Virus record (IMG/VR): IMGVR_UViG_3300035208_008180
DNA length: 64,000 nt
Reading direction: 5' to 3' (one strand)
DNA from: a virus
Lineage: Duplodnaviria > Caudoviricetes
The notes under the pieces were generated by a model. That model ran no database searches. It was not told the origin of the DNA and saw nothing but the letters and a program-made list of their open reading frames with translations. A program made the translations under genes and the position numbers. Positions 27,189 through 35,622 of this stretch are shown piece by piece (the stretch's first letter is position 1; every line of letters starts with the position of its first letter).

Positions 27189-28151
27189 CTATATATCCAG
27201 CCGTAATTCTGAAATAATATCCTGCACCTGTTTTGCAGCAAATCCCCTGCTTTCCATATTCCAAAATCCTGTACCTTTGCCGATTCGAAGCTTTAGATTC
27301 TTTAAAAACCACCTTCGTACACTGATTAAATCTTCTGACAATTCGTAGTCGCCCATGAACCCCAAAAGCTCCATTACTTGCCGAGGATCATCCCACAATA
27401 AACCAGACCACAAATTAGCATAGTTATTGAATAATTGCTTCTTCTTGGCCATCTCCACAAAATGCATTACTAAAATAATCCAATTTCTACCTATCTCTGT
27501 GCATCGGCAGCCCTCATTGCCCATAATTCTAAATTCAATTGTTGGCCTATTATTCTTCATCTTGTGATAAGTATTGATGGTCATATACTTGTGCGTGCCT
27601 AACAACCGTTCTAAAACATCGCCAGATTCCAGCATCGGCCCAATCAAATTGCTGGCACCAATGCATTGAAAATAACGACTCTTTTTACGATAAGCAGGAA
27701 GAGCATCAATGAAAACAGGCTCGGCTTTAATCCAACATCCTAAAATAGAGGCTATCTCTCGACGGCTGCAATCGGAGACATTTACATGAACATGTAACGA
27801 ACAACGATGATCTATGGGAATTCTATCATCGTGATTTAACACATCTAATACATCACAAATTTTATTGAGTCCATATCTGCCATTGCTTACAGGCGAACAA
27901 ATCTCAATGCCACAACTTCTATCTGACTTTAAAACCCATTGATTGTTATTGTGAGTATAATGCCATGTCTTAATGGCAACCGGCTCTTTTAACAATCTTG
28001 ACATACTTTCGCCTATATAATCGATACCCTCAGGGATTTCTCCGTCAGATAATGGATAATTGATAAAATCTCTGCTGTCTAAAGCATTGACCTCAATTTC
28101 CACACCGAATCTTCGATGGCAATTTTCGAATGACAAATGTGTAGTATCCAT
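27189..28151 (-). CDS. Amidoligase family (COOH-NH2 ligase-type 2) enzyme
   Basis: FGVEIE, W..KSD.SC.IEICSP, SLHVHV, KY..IN, TIEFR. Confidence 0.85.
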   Translation of the reverse strand: MDTTHLSFENCHRRFGVEIEVNALDSRDFINYPLSDGEIPEGIDYIGESMSRLLKEPVAIKTWHYTHNNNQWVLKSDRSCGIEICSPVSNGRYGLNKICDVLDVLNHDDRIPIDHRCSLHVHVNVSDCSRREIASILGCWIKAEPVFIDALPAYRKKSRYFQCIGASNLIGPMLESGDVLERLLGTHKYMTINTYHKMKNNRPTIEFRIMGNEGCRCTEIGRNWIILVMHFVEMAKKKQLFNNYANLWSGLLWDDPRQVMELLGFMGDYELSEDLISVRRWFLKNLKLRIGKGTGFWNMESRGFAAKQVQDIISELRLDI

Positions 28152-28198
28152 ATCTTTACTTTACCATTATTTTCTAAAAAAATCAATCTAAATAATGT

Positions 28199-28975
28199 AT
28201 GAATATAGTCACCATTATTAACGTACATACAGACCCAGAATTAGTACAACACACAATTGGATCAGTAAAAAAATGGGTTACAGATAAAATTGTAGTAGTA
28301 GTAGACCAAAGAAACTGGGATGCGTTTAAAAATTTTCCATTTCAAAACATTGATCTTATCAAAGGGGCTTTCAATGCACCCCCTTATAAAAACATTGCCA
28401 TTGGCATGAACTATGCTTATGCTAAATACCCAAATGCAGATTGGTACAATTATATTGAATATGATGTTTTGTATTTAAATGATTTTTTTAAAGAAGATTT
28501 GATAAAAAGGTCCAATTGTGCCAATTTAGGATTTTGTCATTGTATTGCTGGTTGTCAAACTGATGGCGATCTTCCGAGAAAAATTCTCAACAAACCAGAA
28601 TTACAAGCTGAATATATGCTGGGTGCGGTTAATTTTTATTCTAATAATTGTGTTCAACAATTGATGAGTTTTGATTTTTTTAACGAAGTATTAAATCAAA
28701 CAAACAATGGTTATAACTTTCCAAATTTTGGACATGTTACAGTAGAAGAAATCATTTACCCAACAGCGGCTGGTGCTTTTGGTCCGGTAGACAACCTCAC
28801 TGATTATGCAAATCCATTAAAAATATCAGGTTATGGAAGCACCTGTGAACGGTACGCAGTTCGTTATATACCGAATATAGAATTAGATGATGTTACCCCC
28901 TTGACTAGTATTATACACCCTTCCAAAAATCTAAATTGCCCAATAAGACAGCAGCATATTGATTTCTTGTGTTAA
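28199..28975 (+). CDS. GT-A-like glycosyltransferase (putative)
   Basis: IVVVVD, YPNADWYNYIEYD, EE...PT, IIHPSK. Confidence 0.5.
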   Translation: MNIVTIINVHTDPELVQHTIGSVKKWVTDKIVVVVDQRNWDAFKNFPFQNIDLIKGAFNAPPYKNIAIGMNYAYAKYPNADWYNYIEYDVLYLNDFFKEDLIKRSNCANLGFCHCIAGCQTDGDLPRKILNKPELQAEYMLGAVNFYSNNCVQQLMSFDFFNEVLNQTNNGYNFPNFGHVTVEEIIYPTAAGAFGPVDNLTDYANPLKISGYGSTCERYAVRYIPNIELDDVTPLTSIIHPSKNLNCPIRQQHIDFLC

Positions 28976-29007
28976 TTTGATATAATTAAATAAACAGGAG
29001 ACATACT

Positions 29008-29481
29008 ATGTTTAAAGATTGTTTATTAATTACCACCAGTGATAATCGTAACCTATTTACACAAAAGCGTTATTTAAATCAATTGGTAGAATTTTCCAAA
29101 GTATTCGGAGCAGAAATAGCCATAGCAAAGGCAGATAACCCAGAAATTCTATCATTAGAAGCCTTGGCACCTGCCCTTTGCGATTCTGGTTATAATTCAA
29201 CCGCACCATTTGAAATACTTGAATACAAACTGCCAAAAATTGCAATCAAACAACGGTTTATTAAAATAGCCTCTCAAATTAAACAACATATACGAGAAGC
29301 TCTGCTAAGAGGCGAAACAGTAGAATTACAAAACATTATGCAACAGTTTCATAAATTCAAATTAACTACCGCATGTTTCTGTAACCATTTTTCTAAAGTA
29401 CGCCAAGAACTTGTGGCCGAAGGACATGTTATAGAAAAAATTGGTGGCGGCAAGTATAAAATAAAAAATGAACACGAATAA
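29008..29481 (+). CDS. hypothetical protein with possible C-terminal winged HTH
   Basis: CAGGAG RBS; ...VRQELVAEGHVIEKIGGGKYKI. Confidence 0.65.
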   Translation: MFKDCLLITTSDNRNLFTQKRYLNQLVEFSKVFGAEIAIAKADNPEILSLEALAPALCDSGYNSTAPFEILEYKLPKIAIKQRFIKIASQIKQHIREALLRGETVELQNIMQQFHKFKLTTACFCNHFSKVRQELVAEGHVIEKIGGGKYKIKNEHE

Positions 29482-29503
29482 AAATACTCGTGTTCATTTT
29501 TTA
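29462..29503. terminator. bidirectional terminator
   Basis: 16-bp perfect inverted repeat TAAAAAATGAACACGA/TCGTGTTCATTTTTTA between convergent genes. Confidence 0.75.
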
Positions 29504-29514
29504 ATACATTCCTT

Positions 29515-30711
29515 CTATTCGTCGTCTTCGTCTTTATGACCAATCACTGCATTCAAGATATCCTCTTGATCGGTTGGCTCTTCTTCAATTGAATCTCCAT
29601 TGCTGATTTGCAAAGCGGATTCAAAATGGCTCAAATATTCCTTTACTTCTTCGGTGCTTGTCGCATCCACTAAAGCTGGACAATCCATCAGCAAGCTAAT
29701 AGGAACATCGTTTCTTACCTTACTGGCCTTGAAGGTGACTGTGTTGCCACCAGCCCAAGGCTCACATACTTTGTAAGTGCCTTTGCCAGACATTTCAACA
29801 CGACCCGCACCTATCAAAATTGTCAGTAAACCGCCAACAGGGTTAATGCCACCATCAAAGTAAATTTGAATACCTTCGGTCGATAGGAACGGTCTATGAG
29901 TTCGGTTCTTCTCATTCCTAACCGTTAAATTAACTCCTATCACCACCTTGGTTTTCTTTTGCACAATCTTCTTTCTGGCGGCTAAGGCCAATCGGCAACT
30001 AGCATAATATTTCAATGCTTCGCCACCACCAGCCTGAGTTTTGGAAGGACCGTACATCACACCAATCTTTGACCGCTCTTGATTGACAACATACATAGTT
30101 GCATTGTTGTCATCAATAAATGGGCAAAGTTGTCGCAACACTTTTCCTGATGCTTTGGCTCTTTCACCAGGACGCTCATTACCGCCCGCTTCCTTGACCT
30201 GTTCTTTAGTGGGTTTATCGGGCAAATTAATTTCATTCCATTCTCGATCCGTCATGGCCACACCGATTGAGTCCCACACATAAAGAATTGGTTCATCGGG
30301 GCGTGCTTTACGAATCACTCTGGTAGTCTTTAATACATTTCTGCCGAATTCTTCAATCGTTGGCGGATAATGTGTAACCATTTGACTGGAGTCTAAATGT
30401 CCGCATGATTCAGCGAATTCAGCATTTCCTGCACGCTCTGCATCTTCGTAAATGCCAATTCCGCCTAAGCGTTGAACACCACCTAAGCAACAAAAACCCA
30501 CAAGAGATTTGGCCGCTGCTTCTGGTCCGTAGACTTCAATGATTTTCCCGCCAGGAATACCACCAGTAATAAATTTGCCAGAACAAATATAATTTAATGC
30601 AAAGTTGCCTGTATCGATGTAATAATTGACTTTGCCGGAATCTTTGAACACTTCGCCACCTGTTGCGGTAGCTAACATACTAAAAAAATCTTCTGCTTTC
30701 TTTTTTGCCAT
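29515..30711 (-). CDS. recA: RecA/UvsX recombinase
   Basis: IDTG, GGIPGGKIIEVYGPEAAAKS, DAE, WDS, VNQ.R.KIGVMYG, GGEALKYYAS. Confidence 0.93.
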   Translation of the reverse strand: MAKKKAEDFFSMLATATGGEVFKDSGKVNYYIDTGNFALNYICSGKFITGGIPGGKIIEVYGPEAAAKSLVGFCCLGGVQRLGGIGIYEDAERAGNAEFAESCGHLDSSQMVTHYPPTIEEFGRNVLKTTRVIRKARPDEPILYVWDSIGVAMTDREWNEINLPDKPTKEQVKEAGGNERPGERAKASGKVLRQLCPFIDDNNATMYVVNQERSKIGVMYGPSKTQAGGGEALKYYASCRLALAARKKIVQKKTKVVIGVNLTVRNEKNRTHRPFLSTEGIQIYFDGGINPVGGLLTILIGAGRVEMSGKGTYKVCEPWAGGNTVTFKASKVRNDVPISLLMDCPALVDATSTEEVKEYLSHFESALQISNGDSIEEEPTDQEDILNAVIGHKDEDDE

Positions 30712-30810
30712 AATTTTTACCTTTATATATATTTTCAGACTAAGCTGATATGAATAATGAAAAATAGCTCAAGCATCATTCGTTGATGCTTGAGCTATAA
30801 AGATTACCGA

Positions 30811-31719
30811 TTAGAGGTTTTCCAAACCAGCAGCAAATTCGTCGTCAGCAAGCTGTTGATCGCCGCCACCGACAGTTACAGGCATCTCAGGCTCTTCAGT
30901 CGTTACAGTTGGTTTGGCAACGGCTGTAGTTCCTACAGTAGTGGTTGCGGTTGCATTAGCAAATTCTCTAACGTCGAAACCAACCGAATTGTCCTTTTCC
31001 ATTCCGAAATGGACTCTCAAATTGAAAAGCAACTCTTCGTAAGGCAATAGCTTACGCAAATCACAGAGATTGTGCAACGATGCAGCCCATTTTGCAACCT
31101 CTTCAGGAGTTCCTGCCACGGATGGTTCCTCGAATTTGCTCTTCACATAATCCGGGTATTCTCCGTCCGGTCCCTTTTTGATGTTTTTGACCACACGGAA
31201 ATCCATGCCATTTTGTGGGTCTGTAACATCGCATGATTCTGAGAGTTTCTCAATGATGATCTCATGTAATGTCTTGCCACAACCAAAAATCTTGGGGCCA
31301 ACATTGGTGAGCATCGCACCAGTTTCTTGATCTTGCTCTTGTCGAACGATTACGTTGTAGTAATAGCGTTCAATAGGCTTAATCGCACGGGCAACAGCTT
31401 TGTCATGCTCTTGCTCTTCGGGTGACTTGTTTTTCAAAGTCTTCCAAAGTAGTGAGTAATACTCACAAATTGGGCAAGGACCACGCCAATAACCATCATC
31501 ACCCAATTCTCTCGGGCAATGAATGTTTTTGCCGTTTATCATGTGAATGCGTGTGCGAACGAAAACGCCACCGCTGACTGCATTGAATTTGGGGTTAGAC
31601 AACAGTCTCAAGACTAGAACCCCTTTACCATCGGGCATTTTTACCAGATTTTGCCCAAATCCACCACCACTCGCAAGCCTCCCTGCCTCTTTCTTGATTC
31701 CTGAAAAATCCATAGCCAT
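30811..31719 (-). CDS. T4 gp32-like single-stranded DNA-binding protein
   Basis: LRLL, H..C..CPICE, RYYYNVIVR, GPKIF, DP.NG.DF...K, YPDY..SKF; acidic C-terminal tail. Confidence 0.85.
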   Translation of the reverse strand: MAMDFSGIKKEAGRLASGGGFGQNLVKMPDGKGVLVLRLLSNPKFNAVSGGVFVRTRIHMINGKNIHCPRELGDDGYWRGPCPICEYYSLLWKTLKNKSPEEQEHDKAVARAIKPIERYYYNVIVRQEQDQETGAMLTNVGPKIFGCGKTLHEIIIEKLSESCDVTDPQNGMDFRVVKNIKKGPDGEYPDYVKSKFEEPSVAGTPEEVAKWAASLHNLCDLRKLLPYEELLFNLRVHFGMEKDNSVGFDVREFANATATTTVGTTAVAKPTVTTEEPEMPVTVGGGDQQLADDEFAAGLENL

Positions 31720-31730
31720 AGTTACACCTC

Positions 31731-31777
31731 GTTAAAAAAGTTAAAAAAGTTAAAAAAGTTAGAAAGTAAAAAGTTAC
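31731..31777. repeat. 9-bp tandem repeat (GTTAAAAAA)x3 plus degenerate copies in the SSB 5' leader
   Basis: gttaaaaaag ttaaaaaagt taaaaaagtt agaaagtaaa aagttac. Confidence 0.85.
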
Positions 31778-31815
31778 AACGTAGTAAAGTTTTAATCGTT
31801 CTTCCTTATATATGA

Positions 31816-31844
31816 GTTATACGATAAATAATTCATAAAGTCAA
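31816..31844 (-). promoter_or_regulatory. sigma70-like promoter of SSB (TTGACT-N17-TATAAC)
   Basis: Motifs and spacing read directly. Confidence 0.6.
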
Positions 31845-31852
31845 TACAATTT

Positions 31853-32329
31853 TTACAAATTATTTTCATCTTTTTTTGGGGCTATATTTATGTCCACCTG
31901 ATTATATTCATCTTCTATTTGAATCCCATTCATAGCCTCAAGTGTTTGTTTTGTTTTCTCAATTAATGACATGCCCCCCGCTGCTTTTGTGGCTTTCTCT
32001 CCCATCGCTTGAATTTTATCCACCAATGTTAAATGTCCATCTGCCTCTAGGTCGGCATTGGTTTTCGATCTCCTCTCTTGCTCTTTTTTGTATTCTTCTT
32101 CTAGCTTGTGAAGAATTTCCATATTATGGGCCAAAGCCTTTTGTTTCCTTAATTGTTCTTTATATGGATTTATGATAGGCATAATTTTTTCGACAGACCC
32201 TGCTACATCTTTATCCAAGCTTTCATCATATTTCTTCTGTTTGCGTATTGCTTCTCGCCTACGCACAATCTTACCTTTGGCTTCTTTTTCTCGACGCTTC
32301 TTTTTTCGCTCTTGCAATTTTTTATTCAT
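31853..32329 (-). CDS. basic coiled-coil hypothetical protein
   Basis: 158 aa, K/R/E-rich. Confidence 0.7.
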   Translation of the reverse strand: MNKKLQERKKKRREKEAKGKIVRRREAIRKQKKYDESLDKDVAGSVEKIMPIINPYKEQLRKQKALAHNMEILHKLEEEYKKEQERRSKTNADLEADGHLTLVDKIQAMGEKATKAAGGMSLIEKTKQTLEAMNGIQIEDEYNQVDINIAPKKDENNL

Positions 32330-33129
32330 TATTTTCTCCGCAAAGTTGATAAATCTGGCATATCTGTTTTAACTTGATCTCCAAACGATAATGTTGGCTC
32401 AGGTCCATCACCACCCACATAAGCCGCACGGTCCTCTATAAATGCTCCATCCAAACGAGGCGGCACCACAAAGAATCTGTCACTTAATTCTCTTTGCACA
32501 CCAGCATCGTCTGTTGTCATATACAACAACCCAAGCCTTGGGTCTATTCCTACTGGTTTTTCTTGAAGAATTGGATATCTTCTGCCCTTTGTAAACTTAA
32601 ACCCTTTACTAAGCCCACCTAAAGTTCCTGGGGGTGGAACGCCGCCCTCTACAGGATCAAAAATCTCAAATCGTATTGGTCCTATTGGGGCGGGTTTGGA
32701 ACCACCATTTTTACCTAATATTTGTTGTAATTTTGTTTTGTCCTTAGTGGTGATATTTTCTATTAAATCTAAAATATTAGGATTAGTATTCAGCAATCCC
32801 AACAACTTATCCTCAACATCTGATTCATCTGTGTCTTCTGTGCTGAATTTAACCGTGCCATCAAAACTAAACTTCCGTCCCTTAATCTTTATGCCATCCT
32901 CTGCCTCGATGTAATTGACTTTCTTTTTATAATATTCATAAACTTCAACGTCAGTCACTAAAATATTGCGGCGAGCTAATTGAGCAATAATCTTTCCGGC
33001 AACGTCTTCAAGTGGCGTATCTTCAAATGGCTTGCCACACTTGATTATCTTCTCTTTAGTTTCTTCCCGATTATATTCTCCCTTTACTTCAGTTTCTTCA
33101 TGATACTTTAACAAAATTTCATAACTCAT
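32329..33129 (-). CDS. hypothetical protein
   Basis: 266 aa ORF in the operon. Confidence 0.75.
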   Translation of the reverse strand: MSYEILLKYHEETEVKGEYNREETKEKIIKCGKPFEDTPLEDVAGKIIAQLARRNILVTDVEVYEYYKKKVNYIEAEDGIKIKGRKFSFDGTVKFSTEDTDESDVEDKLLGLLNTNPNILDLIENITTKDKTKLQQILGKNGGSKPAPIGPIRFEIFDPVEGGVPPPGTLGGLSKGFKFTKGRRYPILQEKPVGIDPRLGLLYMTTDDAGVQRELSDRFFVVPPRLDGAFIEDRAAYVGGDGPEPTLSFGDQVKTDMPDLSTLRRK

Positions 33130-33130
33130 A

Positions 33131-33727
33131 TTATTTCCTCAACAATGCCACTCCATATCGAGTGTCCACAAATACAGGTTTTCGATTAGCTATTTTGAAG
33201 AAGTCAGGCAACACCTGCTTACAATCTCCACCATACTTAGCATGATCTATTAGCAAAAGACCATCATATGCCAAATGATTCCAAGCTGTATCGAGAACGC
33301 TACGGTAATCATCTAAAGCATAATCATCATCATTTATTATAACGAAATCAAATTCACCTGCCAAGTCCAAAATGTCATTTATAAAAGTAAATTTATTTTT
33401 ATATACAGAAAAAATATTTCTACGACCTATTAAAAAACTATAAAACTCATCCTTGATGTGTTGATAAGCAGTGAACTCCTCGACAGTCTTACAACCCTGA
33501 AGAAAACAGCCACTAACAAACCCTAATCCAAACCCTATTTCTAAAAACCTTTTGGGCTGAATTCGTTTTCCCAAATAATAGAAAAAGGGAAAATACTTGG
33601 GATCAGACATAATTTGAGCAAATTTAGAACCTTCAGAGAGAAAGCAAAATCTGCTCATCAAAATTTTGGTAGGCAGAGTAATTGCTTTATTAATGTCTGC
33701 TTCTAATTCTTTGGCCAAATTCTCCAT
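33131..33727 (-). CDS. class I SAM-dependent methyltransferase-like (Methyltransf_24-like)
   Basis: PKRFLEIGFGLG, FDFVIIN, L..DGLLLID. Confidence 0.6.
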   Translation of the reverse strand: MENLAKELEADINKAITLPTKILMSRFCFLSEGSKFAQIMSDPKYFPFFYYLGKRIQPKRFLEIGFGLGFVSGCFLQGCKTVEEFTAYQHIKDEFYSFLIGRRNIFSVYKNKFTFINDILDLAGEFDFVIINDDDYALDDYRSVLDTAWNHLAYDGLLLIDHAKYGGDCKQVLPDFFKIANRKPVFVDTRYGVALLRK

Positions 33728-33780
33728 ATAATCATTAGAGTTAGCTTATAAAAAAAGGCGTCCCCTAAAGTCAATAGTTA

Positions 33781-33840
33781 AAAACAAAGAGCCGACCCCT
33801 ATCGCTCCAGTTGAAAAAATAGAACTTGGGATCGGCTCTC
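33781..33840 (-). terminator. large hairpin terminator
   Basis: AGAGCCGA/TCGGCTCT stem followed by TTGTTTTT on the minus strand. Confidence 0.55.
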
Positions 33841-33904
33841 TTGCACGACACGCACTAACTATCAAATTAAAGGAGATATAAAAATGAACGACATAATTAT
33901 CTCT

Positions 33905-34038
33905 CCTGCCTTGCTGAGACTTTTTTAGTCTCCCCATCCAGTCTTTAAGACCCATGTAGAATGGTTTTAGTGTTGCGATACGACATTTAACATGGTTAGC
34001 CGAAACCGCCACTTTTGAAACTGCATTTTCAAGGCACT
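33905..34038 (-). ncRNA. candidate multibranch structured ncRNA (strand uncertain)
   Basis: Terminal TGCCTTG/CAAGGCA stem enclosing GAGACT/AGTCTC, GTCTT/AAGAC and CCATG/CATGG stems; ATAAATATAA motif just upstream on the minus strand. Confidence 0.45.
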
Positions 34039-34043
34039 TATAT

Positions 34044-34247
34044 TTATGCTTTGTCTGATAAATTTTCTGCTCGATCCTTCTTGGACTCAGCTACCAGATA
34101 CTCCATAAACACATAATTTTCCATTTCATCCAATGGTAATAAATACCAATCATCAGGCAAATAATTTTTCGTCTCTCCTGGCGTTATCTCTATTCCCTGA
34201 TTATTGAGACTTTGTGTAATTACTATTGCTATATTTTCAGTATTCAT
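34044..34247 (-). CDS. hypothetical protein
   Basis: 67 aa, overlaps the UvsY-like stop. Confidence 0.55.
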   Translation of the reverse strand: MNTENIAIVITQSLNNQGIEITPGETKNYLPDDWYLLPLDEMENYVFMEYLVAESKKDRAENLSDKA

Positions 34248-34738
34248 AAACTAGATTGTTCGTCATTGCTCCAATTCTCATCCTTCTCTGCCTTCTCATC
34301 TTTGTGGGTGGCTCGCAATATATCCATTATTCTCTCATCAACCCCAGGATCAGCCTTAAACCGGATATCACTATTCAATTTTTCCATTTCACGTCTGATG
34401 TTGTGTCCAAAAGATATAGCATTTGCATGATTCATGTCCCATGCTCTCAAATGACCCTTTATCTTTTTAATAGCTAATGCAAGGTCTACAACATCGGGGT
34501 TAGACCTGCATCTGGCTTCTACATATTTCTCCGTGCCGCCCTCATCCTTGTATTCAATAAATAACAAGTGATACTTTTTGTCATGCAAAGATTCCAACTC
34601 AGCTAGCTTAGCCTGCAAATAAGCACATTGCGGACCTGCTTTTTGTAGGTAGATGTTGAGATTGGATTCATTAAATGCAAACAACTTGTCATCTAAAAAA
34701 ACCTCAATACCACACACACTAATTTTTTCTTCTGCCAT
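34244..34738 (-). CDS. UvsY-like recombination mediator
   Basis: Helical protein (TEKYVEARCRSNPDV...) near gp41, gp32 and UvsX; context-based call. Confidence 0.5.
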   Translation of the reverse strand: MAEEKISVCGIEVFLDDKLFAFNESNLNIYLQKAGPQCAYLQAKLAELESLHDKKYHLLFIEYKDEGGTEKYVEARCRSNPDVVDLALAIKKIKGHLRAWDMNHANAISFGHNIRREMEKLNSDIRFKADPGVDERIMDILRATHKDEKAEKDENWSNDEQSSL

Positions 34739-34740
34739 AA

Positions 34741-35622
34741 TTATTCCTTCTTATTGTATTTTAAATAGTAATCTAATAGAAATTCGCCACAACTTGCTCC
34801 CACCCCTTTTCCAGGCGGTTCATAATATTCTACCCTTTGACCAAACCGCTCAATAATTTCCATAAATGCCTGCACATGGGGGCTGGCTTTATTATCAATA
34901 GTAGGACGCTCATTGTATTGCAACAACTTTATGGGAATATCTCGGCCAAACAACAACTCACATAATCTACGGGCATCTTGGGGCGAATCATTCACCCCTT
35001 CAATCAAAGTGTAATGAACCTCTACTTTGCTGCCCCTAGTCAATTTCGACATCATCTTCTGATAAAATTCCAAGGCGGCAATGGATGATTCTATTTCTAA
35101 TGCCGCTGGCATCCATTCTTTACGTAATTTATTGTCCGTAAAGTGCAAAGATAGATGGATTTTTACATCTAAATGATAAAGTATGATTCCTTCAACCAAA
35201 TTGAAAAACTTAAACCAATTACGTTTTGGAATAAGAGTGGCAACAGCAAATCGACAAGGGGCATACTTCTTTTTGGCAGAAAGCATCACACTCACAACAC
35301 TATCATTTTCTAATGGTTCGCCACAACCCATAAAAGAAATCAACAACATCCGTCCACCAAGTTTTAAGTCTTGGTGAATAAATTCTATTTGCTCATTCAT
35401 TTCACCCATATCCAAATAATTAACATGCACCTTGCCTTGACAATCCGTTGTATGACAGAATTTACATCCCAGATCACAAGACGTGTGCGTAGATACACAA
35501 ATGATATCTTTGCCAGTATTGTTATCAATATAAGCAACCTCACTTATCAAACCACTTTCCAATTGAAAAACATATTTAATTGTCTTGTCAATTTTGGAAT
35601 GTATTTTGTCAAGTAATTTCAT
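34741..35622 (-). CDS. rlmN: RlmN/Cfr-like class A radical SAM RNA methyltransferase
   Basis: ICVSTHTSCDLGCKFC, FMGCGEP, LSLH, YTLIEGVNDS, ASCG. Confidence 0.8.
   Translation of the reverse strand: MKLLDKIHSKIDKTIKYVFQLESGLISEVAYIDNNTGKDIICVSTHTSCDLGCKFCHTTDCQGKVHVNYLDMGEMNEQIEFIHQDLKLGGRMLLISFMGCGEPLENDSVVSVMLSAKKKYAPCRFAVATLIPKRNWFKFFNLVEGIILYHLDVKIHLSLHFTDNKLRKEWMPAALEIESSIAALEFYQKMMSKLTRGSKVEVHYTLIEGVNDSPQDARRLCELLFGRDIPIKLLQYNERPTIDNKASPHVQAFMEIIERFGQRVEYYEPPGKGVGASCGEFLLDYYLKYNKKE

Noticed and set aside
33746-34012. 88-aa minus-strand ORF
   Set aside because: GTG start without an RBS, no recognisable features, and it runs through terminator and hairpin structure; a noncoding interpretation is preferred.
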